Assembly: GCA_050486305.1 (NCBI GenBank)
Contig: JBJHDA010000001.1
Coordinates: 243,071 to 307,070 of the forward strand
DNA length: 64,000 nucleotides
Direction of reading: 5' to 3'
Source of the DNA: Candidatus Saccharimonadota bacterium
GTDB taxonomy: Bacteria > Patescibacteriota > Saccharimonadia > Saccharimonadales > SLHW01
Position 1 is the stretch's first letter, and the number at the start of each line of letters is the position of its first letter. Under the pieces are notes generated by a model. It made no database searches, was not told where the DNA came from, and saw only the letters and a program-made list of their open reading frames with translations. Position numbers and translations under genes: made by a program. This document shows positions 27,293 to 35,955 of the stretch, in pieces.

Positions 27293-28240
27293 GTGGTGGC
27301 AACAAAGAAAGCAGCCACTAAAAAGAAGGCCAGCAAGCGGCAACCACCCAAAAGCAAGTTGCCGCTTGATCGTGTCGGTAAAAAAACAAGTTCTAGTCGA
27401 AGCACGAAAGCAAAGCAAGCACCCAGCGTAAAGAAAAAGGCAGCAAAAGCTAGGCCTACAAAACAGGTCTCTCGAAAAAAACCAGCGCGTACAAGGTATA
27501 AAAAGAGGCAGCTAAGTATACGGCTCGGCCCAAACGTAACATTAGAAATCACGCTAAAGAATTCTAGGTCTAAGGCGAAAAAATCTAAGTCTCGGCGGTT
27601 AAGTAAAAAGCAATTGCAGCTAGCACATAAACGACGCCAAATTTCAGCAGTCGCGTTCGTAGTATTTGGCGTTATCGGCACCGTTTATTTTGCTAGCAAC
27701 CTGTTCCAGTCTGAATCGCCTCCCCCAGTTGTGTATTCGCCACCGGCACCAGCCGAAATCGCACAAACAGAACTAGAGAGGGCCGCTGGGCTGCCAGCCT
27801 CTGAACCGGTGCATTTGCAAATTCCGGATGCCGATATTGACACATCGCTTATAACCGTAGGCCGTAACAGTGACGGCACTATGGAGGTGCCGGAATCATT
27901 CGAAGTAGCTGGGTGGTATAAATACGGCCCGACTCCGGGAGAAATCGGGCCGTCAATCATAGTTGGTCATGTTGATAGTATTGCGGGTCCGGCCGTGTTC
28001 TGGCAGCTTAGCCAACTAAAGCCTGGTCAGCTGATTGAGATAAAAAGAACAGATGGTACTTTGGTTACGTTTGCCGTGACCGACAGCAAGCAGTTTGAGC
28101 AAGATAACTTTCCTACAGATGAGGTGTACGGCAATATTGACTATGCGGGCCTGCGACTTATAACTTGCGGCGGATGGTTTGACCGCGATGTCGGCCGGTA
28201 TAGTCATAACACGGTGGTGTATGCCAGGCTGCAAGAGTAG
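27293..28240 (+). CDS. sortase (class E/F-like) with ~110-aa polybasic N-terminal tail and one TM helix
   Basis: 'IIVGHVDS' (catalytic His), 'LRLITCGG' (TLxTC-type Cys), and 'RYSHNTVVYARL' (Arg). The N-terminus is K/R-rich up to the TM helix 'ISAVAFVVFGVIGTVYFA'. GTG start is 10 nt after the previous stop. Confidence 0.85.
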   Translation: MVATKKAATKKKASKRQPPKSKLPLDRVGKKTSSSRSTKAKQAPSVKKKAAKARPTKQVSRKKPARTRYKKRQLSIRLGPNVTLEITLKNSRSKAKKSKSRRLSKKQLQLAHKRRQISAVAFVVFGVIGTVYFASNLFQSESPPPVVYSPPAPAEIAQTELERAAGLPASEPVHLQIPDADIDTSLITVGRNSDGTMEVPESFEVAGWYKYGPTPGEIGPSIIVGHVDSIAGPAVFWQLSQLKPGQLIEIKRTDGTLVTFAVTDSKQFEQDNFPTDEVYGNIDYAGLRLITCGGWFDRDVGRYSHNTVVYARLQE

Positions 28241-28251
28241 CACGATAGAGC

Positions 28252-28605
28252 TTATTGCTTTCGTAAAATCTTCTCTATTGCCTTTCCTTTTGCTAGCTCA
28301 TCAATCAGCTTATCCAGATAGCGGATTTCCTGCATGGTTGGCTCTTTAATATCTTCTACCCGGACCCCGCAAACGACACCGTTAATTAATTTTCGCGATG
28401 GATTTAGTGTGGGAGCTTCTGCAAGAAACGTCTCAAAATCTGTTTGTTTTTCTAGCTGTGCTTCTAGTTCTTCTTGGGTATATCCCGTTAGCCAGCGAAT
28501 AATCTCATTAACCTCTGCTTTTGTGCGTGATTTATTTTCCGCTTTAGCTACGTAGTGGGGATAGACCTTCGCAAAGCTCATTGTGTAAATCGGGTGTTTT
28601 TCCAT
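28252..28605 (-). CDS. DUF2200-family protein
   Basis: '[37 protein letters not shown]' matches my recollection of the DUF2200 N-terminus. Confidence 0.7.
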   Translation of the reverse strand: MEKHPIYTMSFAKVYPHYVAKAENKSRTKAEVNEIIRWLTGYTQEELEAQLEKQTDFETFLAEAPTLNPSRKLINGVVCGVRVEDIKEPTMQEIRYLDKLIDELAKGKAIEKILRKQ

Positions 28606-28746
28606 GATACTCCCCTGCGCTTACTATTTATCTGTATTTTAGCACCGGATCGGCTTGATAATCATACACGCAACCCATCTGCTAATTGTTGTAATAAATA
28701 TAATATAACGGTATTATAGTGAGCATACGTAAAAAATGGAGAAAAT

Positions 28747-29442
28747 ATGACAGAAAATTTACAAAAACTCGGGGGTCTTGCGTCGTTACTAATGGCATCT
28801 ACATTCATATTTGGCATGGTTATATTCTTTACGCTGCTCGATCCAGCAGGATTTATTGAGGCGGATACAGACCCGGTACAAAACGCCGGCTTTCTGGTAG
28901 ATAATCAAGCAATTATATCTTTGTGGTACTTAGTAATTTACGTCGTGTTTGGTGTTTTGCTCGTTTTCTTAGCCGTTGCGCTGCATGAAAGGCTAAAGAG
29001 CGTGGCACCTGCAAAGATGAAGATTGCTACTACATTTGGTCTCATTTGGGCTGGGCTCATGTTTGCCAGCGGTATGATAGCGAATATCGGTACATCTGCA
29101 GTTGTAAACTTGTATGCACAGAACCCGGACCAAGCCGGTCTGCTGTGGCTATCGATTAACTCAGTTGTTACCGGCTTAGGTGGTGGGAATGAAATTGTCG
29201 GCGGATTGTGGATATTAGTTATTAGCTGGGTGGCACTCCGCGCAGCAAACGTATTGCCAAAAGGCTTGGTGTACTTAGGGCTCGTGGTTGGCGCGACCGG
29301 CATCTTTCAGACGCTGGTTGCCGACATTGAAGCACTAGGAGCTATCTTTGGCCTAGGAACAATTGTTTGGTTTGTTTGGGTAGGTGTTTATCTGCTCAAA
29401 GCGCGGCCCAGCAAAAACAGCACCATTGAACGCGCAGGTTGA
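28747..29442 (+). CDS. multi-pass membrane protein (possibly DUF4386-like)
   Basis: About six hydrophobic helices. The family assignment is tentative. Confidence 0.7.
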   Translation: MTENLQKLGGLASLLMASTFIFGMVIFFTLLDPAGFIEADTDPVQNAGFLVDNQAIISLWYLVIYVVFGVLLVFLAVALHERLKSVAPAKMKIATTFGLIWAGLMFASGMIANIGTSAVVNLYAQNPDQAGLLWLSINSVVTGLGGGNEIVGGLWILVISWVALRAANVLPKGLVYLGLVVGATGIFQTLVADIEALGAIFGLGTIVWFVWVGVYLLKARPSKNSTIERAG

Positions 29443-29462
29443 CTTGCGCGTTCAGTTTTTTG
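29428..29462 (+). terminator. rho-independent terminator
   Basis: GAACGCGCA (29428-29436) pairs perfectly with TGCGCGTTC (29445-29453) and is followed by AGTTTTTT. It overlaps the stop codon. Confidence 0.7.
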
Positions 29463-29502
29463 GCTGCGTATATGTACGGGGTTAGCTTACTCTGTGTGCT
29501 TA

Positions 29503-32421
29503 CTACTTCAAGGAACGGACGACACTTCTCACTTCTTCGAGCGATACTTGTGCCGAGTTCAATCCGTCACCATCGTAATAGCTCGCCTGCGGGTTGCTCC
29601 CTGTGCCTTTTGGCAGAGCTGCCCATTCTTTGGAGAGGTTCAGGATGAACTGCTGCTCTGATATTTCACCGTTTAGGTATTTACTTAGGCCACGACCTTC
29701 CAGTAAGGATAGGGCAAGTTTGTCTTGGAGTGCCTCGTCAAACTTTGCGTCCATTCGTATATTGTTGCCTTGTACGAGACCTCGTAATGTACCGCGAATG
29801 AACTGGTAGCCGCCTACCGCGCTACTAGGTTTACCAAGAACATCAACGAAGTGATCTTGCCAGGCCAATACTTCGCCTACTGACATCTCAGTAAATTTAA
29901 TTTCTGTATTTTTGCCATTTCCATAATGCGCATTGTAGTTTCCGACAGCTTCATGCTCCATAATAAACGTAAGAAGCGGCTTTACTCTTTCGACCATCGG
30001 ATCGTCTGCTTCGGCTGTTTCTGGCTGTGCTTCGCGGGTTGTTTCTGGGTTGCCATTGTGTGCTCCGGTAAACAAGTAGTCTGCCGGGTCGGTCGATTCG
30101 GCATTGGCTACACCAACGTATTTTCCGTTTTCATCGCGCACATCGCCATATCGCACTTCAAGATGAAGGTGAGGCCCGGTAGCACTTCCAGTTTCTCCAG
30201 ACGTCCCCAGCATTTCACCTTCGTTGACGCGGTCGCCCGCTTCTACGCCAAGCGTATCCAGGTGTGCATATATAAATGTCATGTCATGCTCTTTGGAGTA
30301 GAGCATAACGGTGTTTCCATATCCTGAGTTTTGCGACCCGTTCATACCGCTGTATACCACGACCGCGTCCTTTACAGCCAAAAGCGGGGTACCCGTTGGC
30401 ATCGCGAAATCGATACCGTGGTGCATGCTGCGTTCACCGGAGATTGGGTGTACCCGCATGCCATATTCACTAGAAACTCGGAAGTTTCCAGAAAACGGCA
30501 TGCCCATCTCTACACTCTCCGGGCTATTGTCTTTATTTCGCGTTTCATACCCTTGCTGTCTGTCAGATGCGTTGTTTCTGCCGTTAGTTGAAGTAGAAGG
30601 TCTTGTCCCCCCTTGTGAGCGGGCCTGGTTTTCTCGCTGCTGTGCTTCTCTTCGTTGAGCTTCTTCTTCGGCAGCTTTTCTTTCGGCCTCTTCCTGCAAG
30701 CGTTTCTCTTCAGCGGCTATCGCCTCATCCGCAGCCTGGTTAACTGCATCGAGTAATTCGTTAAATTCTTCTTCGGACAATTCTGCCAGATCTATATTCG
30801 CTAGCTGTTCATCTATATCAACATGTTCTTTAAATGCGTCAAGACCTTCCCGGCGTTCTGTTCGTAATACTCCCGTTTCGAACACGGCTTCTGCGTCCTC
30901 AAGTACCGCCTCGAATTCACTATCTGACATTCGGCCGATACCAAAATCGTCGTCTTCATAAACGGATAGGTCAACATGCTCTTTAAACTGCTCCAATTGG
31001 CCTAATCGTTGCGCCTTTGTTTGTTCGTAGGTTTCTTTGAGTTCGGCAATATGTGCTTCAAACACCTCTTCTTCGTAGAGTGTTCGTAGTGGTGTTTCGG
31101 TCGGGTCATCATTTGTGTATTGAGCAATCTCGCTGTAGCGATCGCTTAAGAATGCCTGTTCCTGTTCTTCGTAAAGAGCTTCCGATGCTGTAACATCAGC
31201 AGCTACAGCATCTTGCTGCAAAGAGCGGACTTGTTCGACGGAGCCCTTACGTTCAACGTCAGCAATCACATCGCTGACGAGCGAATCGAGCTCATCCGCT
31301 AGCGCATCACGTGCCTCTCCATTAATACGTACGCCTGCTACGACATCTGACCCGCGTTCTCGTTTTACATCTTCCTCGTCGGTAAATCCTGGAATAAGCA
31401 TGGTCGACTTCTTCTGTTTTTCAACAATAGTTTCGTCATCTGGCTGCTCTGCAGCTGAATCTTCTTCAGTTACTTCCCCGCTAGTTGCGGCAGCGTCTTC
31501 GTTCGCAGATTCTTCCGCTGGAGATTCTTGTGCTTCGCTCTCACGAGTGGTGTCTTGTGACTCGTCTTCTATACCGAGAATCTTTGCTATCTCTTCGTCG
31601 GACAAAACGGTTACCTTAAGGCCAGTCGTATCGCGAGGTTTCCGTTGCTCATTTTTTGGCTTATCGTCCGGTTGACGAGGAGGGTGTTCGTTTTCATCGC
31701 CAGGTGTTGCCTCCTCTGCTGCACTTTCTCGATTTTCTTGGGAGTCTTCAGGTTCTTCAGCCTCAGGTTCAGGCGGATTGCTTTGTTCTTCTGCCTCTTC
31801 CTCTGCCTCTGCCTGCTGCTCATTTACTGGCTCATCGACCTGGTTCTGTTCTGCAGTATCTTGCTCTTGATCAGAAACTTCAGCTTCTTGGCCTTGTACA
31901 TCTTCCTGTGTTGTTTGGTCGTCGGTTGTCGTATCTTCAGCTTCTACCGCAGTATCTTCGGTAGCCTCAGCATTGGCGTCTACATCATGTACCGGCTCTT
32001 CAGCTTTATCGCTAGTAGCTTCGGGGTGCCCAGATTCATGGTTCGGGTTCGGCATATCGGTGGATGGTTGATCCGCTTCTGTGTCAGGCTTTGGTTCATC
32101 AGGTCGCTCTATAGTAGCTTCAGTGTCGCTTTCATCCTGAGCGTCCGTTCCAGGTTCAGGCTCATTCTCTGCTATTTTCTGCTTGCGTTCTGTATTGCTG
32201 TTTGCACGATTTTCAGCACCGTTGCGCGAGAGCTGCTTCTCAACACTCTCCACGGCCTCCCGTGCAAGCGCATCGATCTCCGCAGTAACTTCAGGTGGTA
32301 GGTCTGCTCTCTGCCGTTGGCTATCTTGCGCACTAGAATTTCCATCATCATCCACTATTTCTTGCGCAGTGATAACGCGACCATCCTCGTTTTCTAATCC
32401 AACTTCCGGTGAAAATAACAT
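29503..32421 (-). CDS. 972-aa bifunctional cell-wall hydrolase: acidic disordered N-terminal half, coiled coil, M23 (LytM) peptidase domain, C-terminal lysozyme / lytic-transglycosylase-like domain
   Basis: M23 motifs are 'HHGIDFAMPTGTPLLAV', 'GYGNTVML' and 'GPHLHLEVR' (nt ~30140-30520). The C-terminal 'GNYNAHYG...SSAVGGYQFIRGTLRGL' (nt ~29506-29992) resembles phage-type muramidase/GH104 'AAGRYQ'. No N-terminal signal peptide. Confidence 0.88.
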   Translation of the reverse strand: MLFSPEVGLENEDGRVITAQEIVDDDGNSSAQDSQRQRADLPPEVTAEIDALAREAVESVEKQLSRNGAENRANSNTERKQKIAENEPEPGTDAQDESDTEATIERPDEPKPDTEADQPSTDMPNPNHESGHPEATSDKAEEPVHDVDANAEATEDTAVEAEDTTTDDQTTQEDVQGQEAEVSDQEQDTAEQNQVDEPVNEQQAEAEEEAEEQSNPPEPEAEEPEDSQENRESAAEEATPGDENEHPPRQPDDKPKNEQRKPRDTTGLKVTVLSDEEIAKILGIEDESQDTTRESEAQESPAEESANEDAAATSGEVTEEDSAAEQPDDETIVEKQKKSTMLIPGFTDEEDVKRERGSDVVAGVRINGEARDALADELDSLVSDVIADVERKGSVEQVRSLQQDAVAADVTASEALYEEQEQAFLSDRYSEIAQYTNDDPTETPLRTLYEEEVFEAHIAELKETYEQTKAQRLGQLEQFKEHVDLSVYEDDDFGIGRMSDSEFEAVLEDAEAVFETGVLRTERREGLDAFKEHVDIDEQLANIDLAELSEEEFNELLDAVNQAADEAIAAEEKRLQEEAERKAAEEEAQRREAQQRENQARSQGGTRPSTSTNGRNNASDRQQGYETRNKDNSPESVEMGMPFSGNFRVSSEYGMRVHPISGERSMHHGIDFAMPTGTPLLAVKDAVVVYSGMNGSQNSGYGNTVMLYSKEHDMTFIYAHLDTLGVEAGDRVNEGEMLGTSGETGSATGPHLHLEVRYGDVRDENGKYVGVANAESTDPADYLFTGAHNGNPETTREAQPETAEADDPMVERVKPLLTFIMEHEAVGNYNAHYGNGKNTEIKFTEMSVGEVLAWQDHFVDVLGKPSSAVGGYQFIRGTLRGLVQGNNIRMDAKFDEALQDKLALSLLEGRGLSKYLNGEISEQQFILNLSKEWAALPKGTGSNPQASYYDGDGLNSAQVSLEEVRSVVRSLK

Positions 32422-32430
32422 AGTATTCCC

Positions 32431-34377
32431 CTACTCCCCTCTTATTCGTAGCGCTTGCATTGCATCGCTGTCGTTTATTAATCCATTATCATCGACAAAT
32501 GCATCGCATTTCAGGTCTATCATGTGCGCATATTTTATTCGAATCTGGTTATACTGCTGCCCACGTAGCTGATTAATTACACTGTCGTCACCTCGCCGAA
32601 TTCCACGAAATATATCCGTCACAAGTCCACCGCCGTCATCTGTACCGGCAATGCTATCGGTGTCACCGTAAAAGTCGGTGATTGCTACGGCGTAAATTTT
32701 GTATAGAGACTCTTCATACTCTTCTTGCGTTACAGTTAAGTTGTAAGAATCACTCTCTTCGTCGTAGATCAACTTACCTTGCTCTTCAAGTTCGTCATAA
32801 TAATCAACCAAGCCAAGCATGACAGAGGTACTTATGTGATCATACGCCACTAAGATTTGCTTAGTCGCCTCGATTGCGTTTTGCTCGCCTTCTGTGAGCT
32901 CCGGTATGCGTTCAGGCAGGTCTTCCATGCTATACCCGAGCTCATTAAACCGCTGCTCTACTTCTGCTGGGTTCATACCAAACAGTCCGGTCATCGTGCC
33001 GGTTTTTGCTCTTGGTGCTTCCTCGAACAAATTGCCGTTCGAGGCGTACTCAATCAACGAATATATTGTTGCTAGAGTAAAAGATCGCGGTAGCTGTAAG
33101 TCGCTTGGGTGGAGTTCCCGAGCAATATCTACACACCTTTCATACTGCGTAACAGTGCTGTCGAAAAAGCTCATCCCAGGAAACAACTCGGAAGTGCTAC
33201 TTAGTTCGGTTTCGTTGACCGTCTCAGTCGGTTCGTTTCGCGACTCTTCCACTGGTATTCTTGTAAGTTCTTCTGAGCCGGCTTCATCACTTTTTATCGT
33301 TTCCGGCTGAATATGTTCAATCTTATCTGATTCAGCCTCGCTCAGTCCTAGTGGTGCCGGCGATTCATTCAATGCGGGAGTATCGTTCGAGTTCACCTCT
33401 CGATCGCTCGTTCCTGCCGGGTTCTGTATGCCATCAGTCTCTACCGGCTCAGCTCGGCTTTCTCTGTCTAGAAATGAAGGTGCTGAGAAGCTGAATACCA
33501 TTGCCGCCGATGCTGCAAGACAAACGGCTCCTGCATGTTTAGCGCGCAATGGTCGTATGCGACGGATTTGTTTTTTCTCTCCGTCAATTGTGGGTAAATT
33601 GAATTTCTCCGTTGTGTCTTTATGTGTCGTTGAGTTTTGGGTTATTTGCGTTGTCTTTGCTTCGCTTTGACTGGTCGGCACTTTACCTAATAGGTGCTCT
33701 ACGTTTACTTGCGGCCCTCCCCGCGCTTCATAATATTCAAGTATCCGTTCCACCTCTGCAGTTCTTTGGCTTTCTTTATGAGCTTCTTCGCTACCTAATT
33801 CATCGGCATGATCTGCTAAGGTCTCCTTAAAGTCACGGAGTATTCGCGCTTCTACCTCAGGAAAAAGTGTTTCTTCTGAATCAAATGACTCTGCAGTAGC
33901 TTCGTCTTGCTCCTCTGGCCTAACTGTAGGTTGTGCCAGGTTTTTTGTATCTCTTGTTTGTCCGGTGTTTTTGTCTGCTGCATTTTTTTCGGGAGCGCCG
34001 GGCTCAGAATATGCTCTTTTTTCAGCTAATGCTGTCATGGTGGACTCGATAAAATCCGGTGATTTACCGGTTGCAGCCATACTTTCACGCAGTCTTACAT
34101 AAATGCCGTCCGCGTATTCAGCTGGAGTTGGGGTCGATCCATGGTCTCGATTGGATTCATCTGTCGTAGCTCGAAGTTGCGATGCTTTACCATCAATGCA
34201 TATACTGCCGGTTCGCGGATCGAAAAAATTCTCTGCAGGATCAATGTGTAGACTAGCGGCATGCACCTGCATCAGCTCGTCATCAACGAACGTTGTAGTC
34301 TCGGACTGCTCCAATGTCTTAACCGTACCCAGCTCCGTAAACCTTTCACGTCCATTTTGTGCGTTAGATCCAGTCAT
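32431..34377 (-). CDS. 648-aa hypothetical protein with one central TM helix
   Basis: SD-like GGGGTG upstream. TM helix 'AGAVCLAASAAMVFSFSAP' is near aa 300. Its stop lies 9 nt before the downstream hydrolase start. Confidence 0.75.
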   Translation of the reverse strand: MTGSNAQNGRERFTELGTVKTLEQSETTTFVDDELMQVHAASLHIDPAENFFDPRTGSICIDGKASQLRATTDESNRDHGSTPTPAEYADGIYVRLRESMAATGKSPDFIESTMTALAEKRAYSEPGAPEKNAADKNTGQTRDTKNLAQPTVRPEEQDEATAESFDSEETLFPEVEARILRDFKETLADHADELGSEEAHKESQRTAEVERILEYYEARGGPQVNVEHLLGKVPTSQSEAKTTQITQNSTTHKDTTEKFNLPTIDGEKKQIRRIRPLRAKHAGAVCLAASAAMVFSFSAPSFLDRESRAEPVETDGIQNPAGTSDREVNSNDTPALNESPAPLGLSEAESDKIEHIQPETIKSDEAGSEELTRIPVEESRNEPTETVNETELSSTSELFPGMSFFDSTVTQYERCVDIARELHPSDLQLPRSFTLATIYSLIEYASNGNLFEEAPRAKTGTMTGLFGMNPAEVEQRFNELGYSMEDLPERIPELTEGEQNAIEATKQILVAYDHISTSVMLGLVDYYDELEEQGKLIYDEESDSYNLTVTQEEYEESLYKIYAVAITDFYGDTDSIAGTDDGGGLVTDIFRGIRRGDDSVINQLRGQQYNQIRIKYAHMIDLKCDAFVDDNGLINDSDAMQALRIRGE

Positions 34378-34490
34378 CTCTTACACCCCGGTGCTTTTCT
34401 GTGTGCGTACAATTACCCCTAGCAGACTTTGTATGCTTTTTCTGGTTTCGTGCTGCGTGAGCTTTGTAGAGTATTGCATGCCTATTCCCT

Positions 34491-35747
34491 TTATTGCTCT
34501 ATCTCATCCTCATCGAGATATATCGGTTCCAGCTCTATTGTTCCTAGGTCAGCATCGCTGATTTCTGTTGCAGTCAAACCTTCCAAGAAAGAAAGCACAT
34601 TGTTTTGTCCTTCTCCGACCTTTACTTCGTCGTGTACGATAACGTTATATTCGTCCTGGTTTGTCAACTCTTCGCACTTTCTTGGCTGTCGTACAGCTCG
34701 ATCAATGGTTGCTTCGGTAACTTGAGCAGGACCATGGACTCCTTCGCCTAATCCAGACGCACGACGCTCCATTAATCGAAGGTGTGACTGTATGGCTGGC
34801 GCCACGTCATAGTTAATCTGATACGGTTCATTGCTATCTTTTAATACGGGTTCGATCGCGGCAGTATAATTATTGACAGCATCACAAGCCGCGGCGAGTA
34901 CGACATACCCTGAGTGATCAAGCCGTAAAATCTCATCAGCTTCGACGTGACCATCAGTAGCAAGCTGCAATGTGTCTGGAATCAAGCCTCTGTCTCTGTA
35001 ATAATCCCACACGCGCCGCCAATGTACGTCTTTTTCCGTCGTGCCTTCGTTGCTATTGCCTGTGTTATATCTAATGAAGTTTTCCAGGATTTCAACCTCA
35101 TTTACCGTGATGGTTATTACTTTGGATTCGGTAGCGTTTTCCATAGTATCGATAGAAGGTGTCGTGTCTGGAATCGGGTTACCCCGCTGGTCGATCAGCT
35201 CATTATCAATTGCTATTTCTATGCCCTCACGAGGTGCTCGTGCAACGGTCGTACCATAAGTCGTTGCAGATAGCGATTCGATATTTCGCCAATTATCATC
35301 TTGTAAATTTGGAATCGGCGTTCTGTCTAGGATTCGATTTGCCTGTCTTGCAAAGACGCTTCCGCCTTTTAATGCGTAAACATCTTTCGTGGTCGTAAAT
35401 TCATAATTCTGATACCCGTGGCCAGGAGCGCCTGACTCTTCTGCTGCTTCTTGGATAAGCTCATTCAATGTCGGACCAGTGTCTGCGCGCAGGGCAAGGT
35501 CCCGAGAAATTGCATTGTTGAACCAGGGTTCTCTTTCTATATCTACCTCTGCGTTGTCTGGTAAGCCACCTTCTTGGTTTAGCCTAATATACCCGGCTAC
35601 TGCTACAGTAGCTCCTAACACAAAGGGGACGAGCACACCCGCGACTTTTTTTCTCCAGCTGTTTGTTTTCGCTTCGGAGCTTACCGAAACATGTATGTTA
35701 TTTGGCTGATGAGATAGTTGTTCTGGGCCCTTTTCGCTGTCCTGCAT
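34491..35747 (-). CDS. hypothetical N-terminally membrane-anchored protein (418 aa from ATG 35747)
   Basis: GAAGGTG lies 7 nt before ATG 35747. TM helix is 'VAGVLVPFVLGATVAVAGYI'. The longer ORF to 35879 runs through AT-rich sequence that is probably non-coding. Confidence 0.7.
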   Translation of the reverse strand: MQDSEKGPEQLSHQPNNIHVSVSSEAKTNSWRKKVAGVLVPFVLGATVAVAGYIRLNQEGGLPDNAEVDIEREPWFNNAISRDLALRADTGPTLNELIQEAAEESGAPGHGYQNYEFTTTKDVYALKGGSVFARQANRILDRTPIPNLQDDNWRNIESLSATTYGTTVARAPREGIEIAIDNELIDQRGNPIPDTTPSIDTMENATESKVITITVNEVEILENFIRYNTGNSNEGTTEKDVHWRRVWDYYRDRGLIPDTLQLATDGHVEADEILRLDHSGYVVLAAACDAVNNYTAAIEPVLKDSNEPYQINYDVAPAIQSHLRLMERRASGLGEGVHGPAQVTEATIDRAVRQPRKCEELTNQDEYNVIVHDEVKVGEGQNNVLSFLEGLTATEISDADLGTIELEPIYLDEDEIEQ

Positions 35748-35955
35748 AGTACTACACCTTCTATTATTTGCGCATAAATCAAACTTATTACTAAATATTA
35801 TTTGGATAATAGTACTAAATAATATTGTTGTCAAATACATTGCATAATTAGTAAACGTAAGGGTTTTCAGGTGTAACACATACGATAAATGAACCGAACT
35901 ACGAGCTATATACCTATATTCGTTACACGAAATAAGGCGTAGCTGGTGTTTTGCT

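Noticed and set aside
31400-32572. Several 90-218-aa plus-strand ORFs (for example 31645-32301)
   Set aside because: They are antisense to the acidic low-complexity region of the 972-aa hydrolase gene. GAA/GAT-rich coding sequence gives long stop-free Phe/Leu/Ser-rich antisense frames.
35748-35879. 44-codon N-terminal extension of the 462-aa ORF
   Set aside because: It is a very AT-rich, Ile/Phe/Asn-rich extension with no SD. The internal ATG at 35747 has GAAGGTG upstream and begins a sensible cytoplasmic tail followed by a TM helix.
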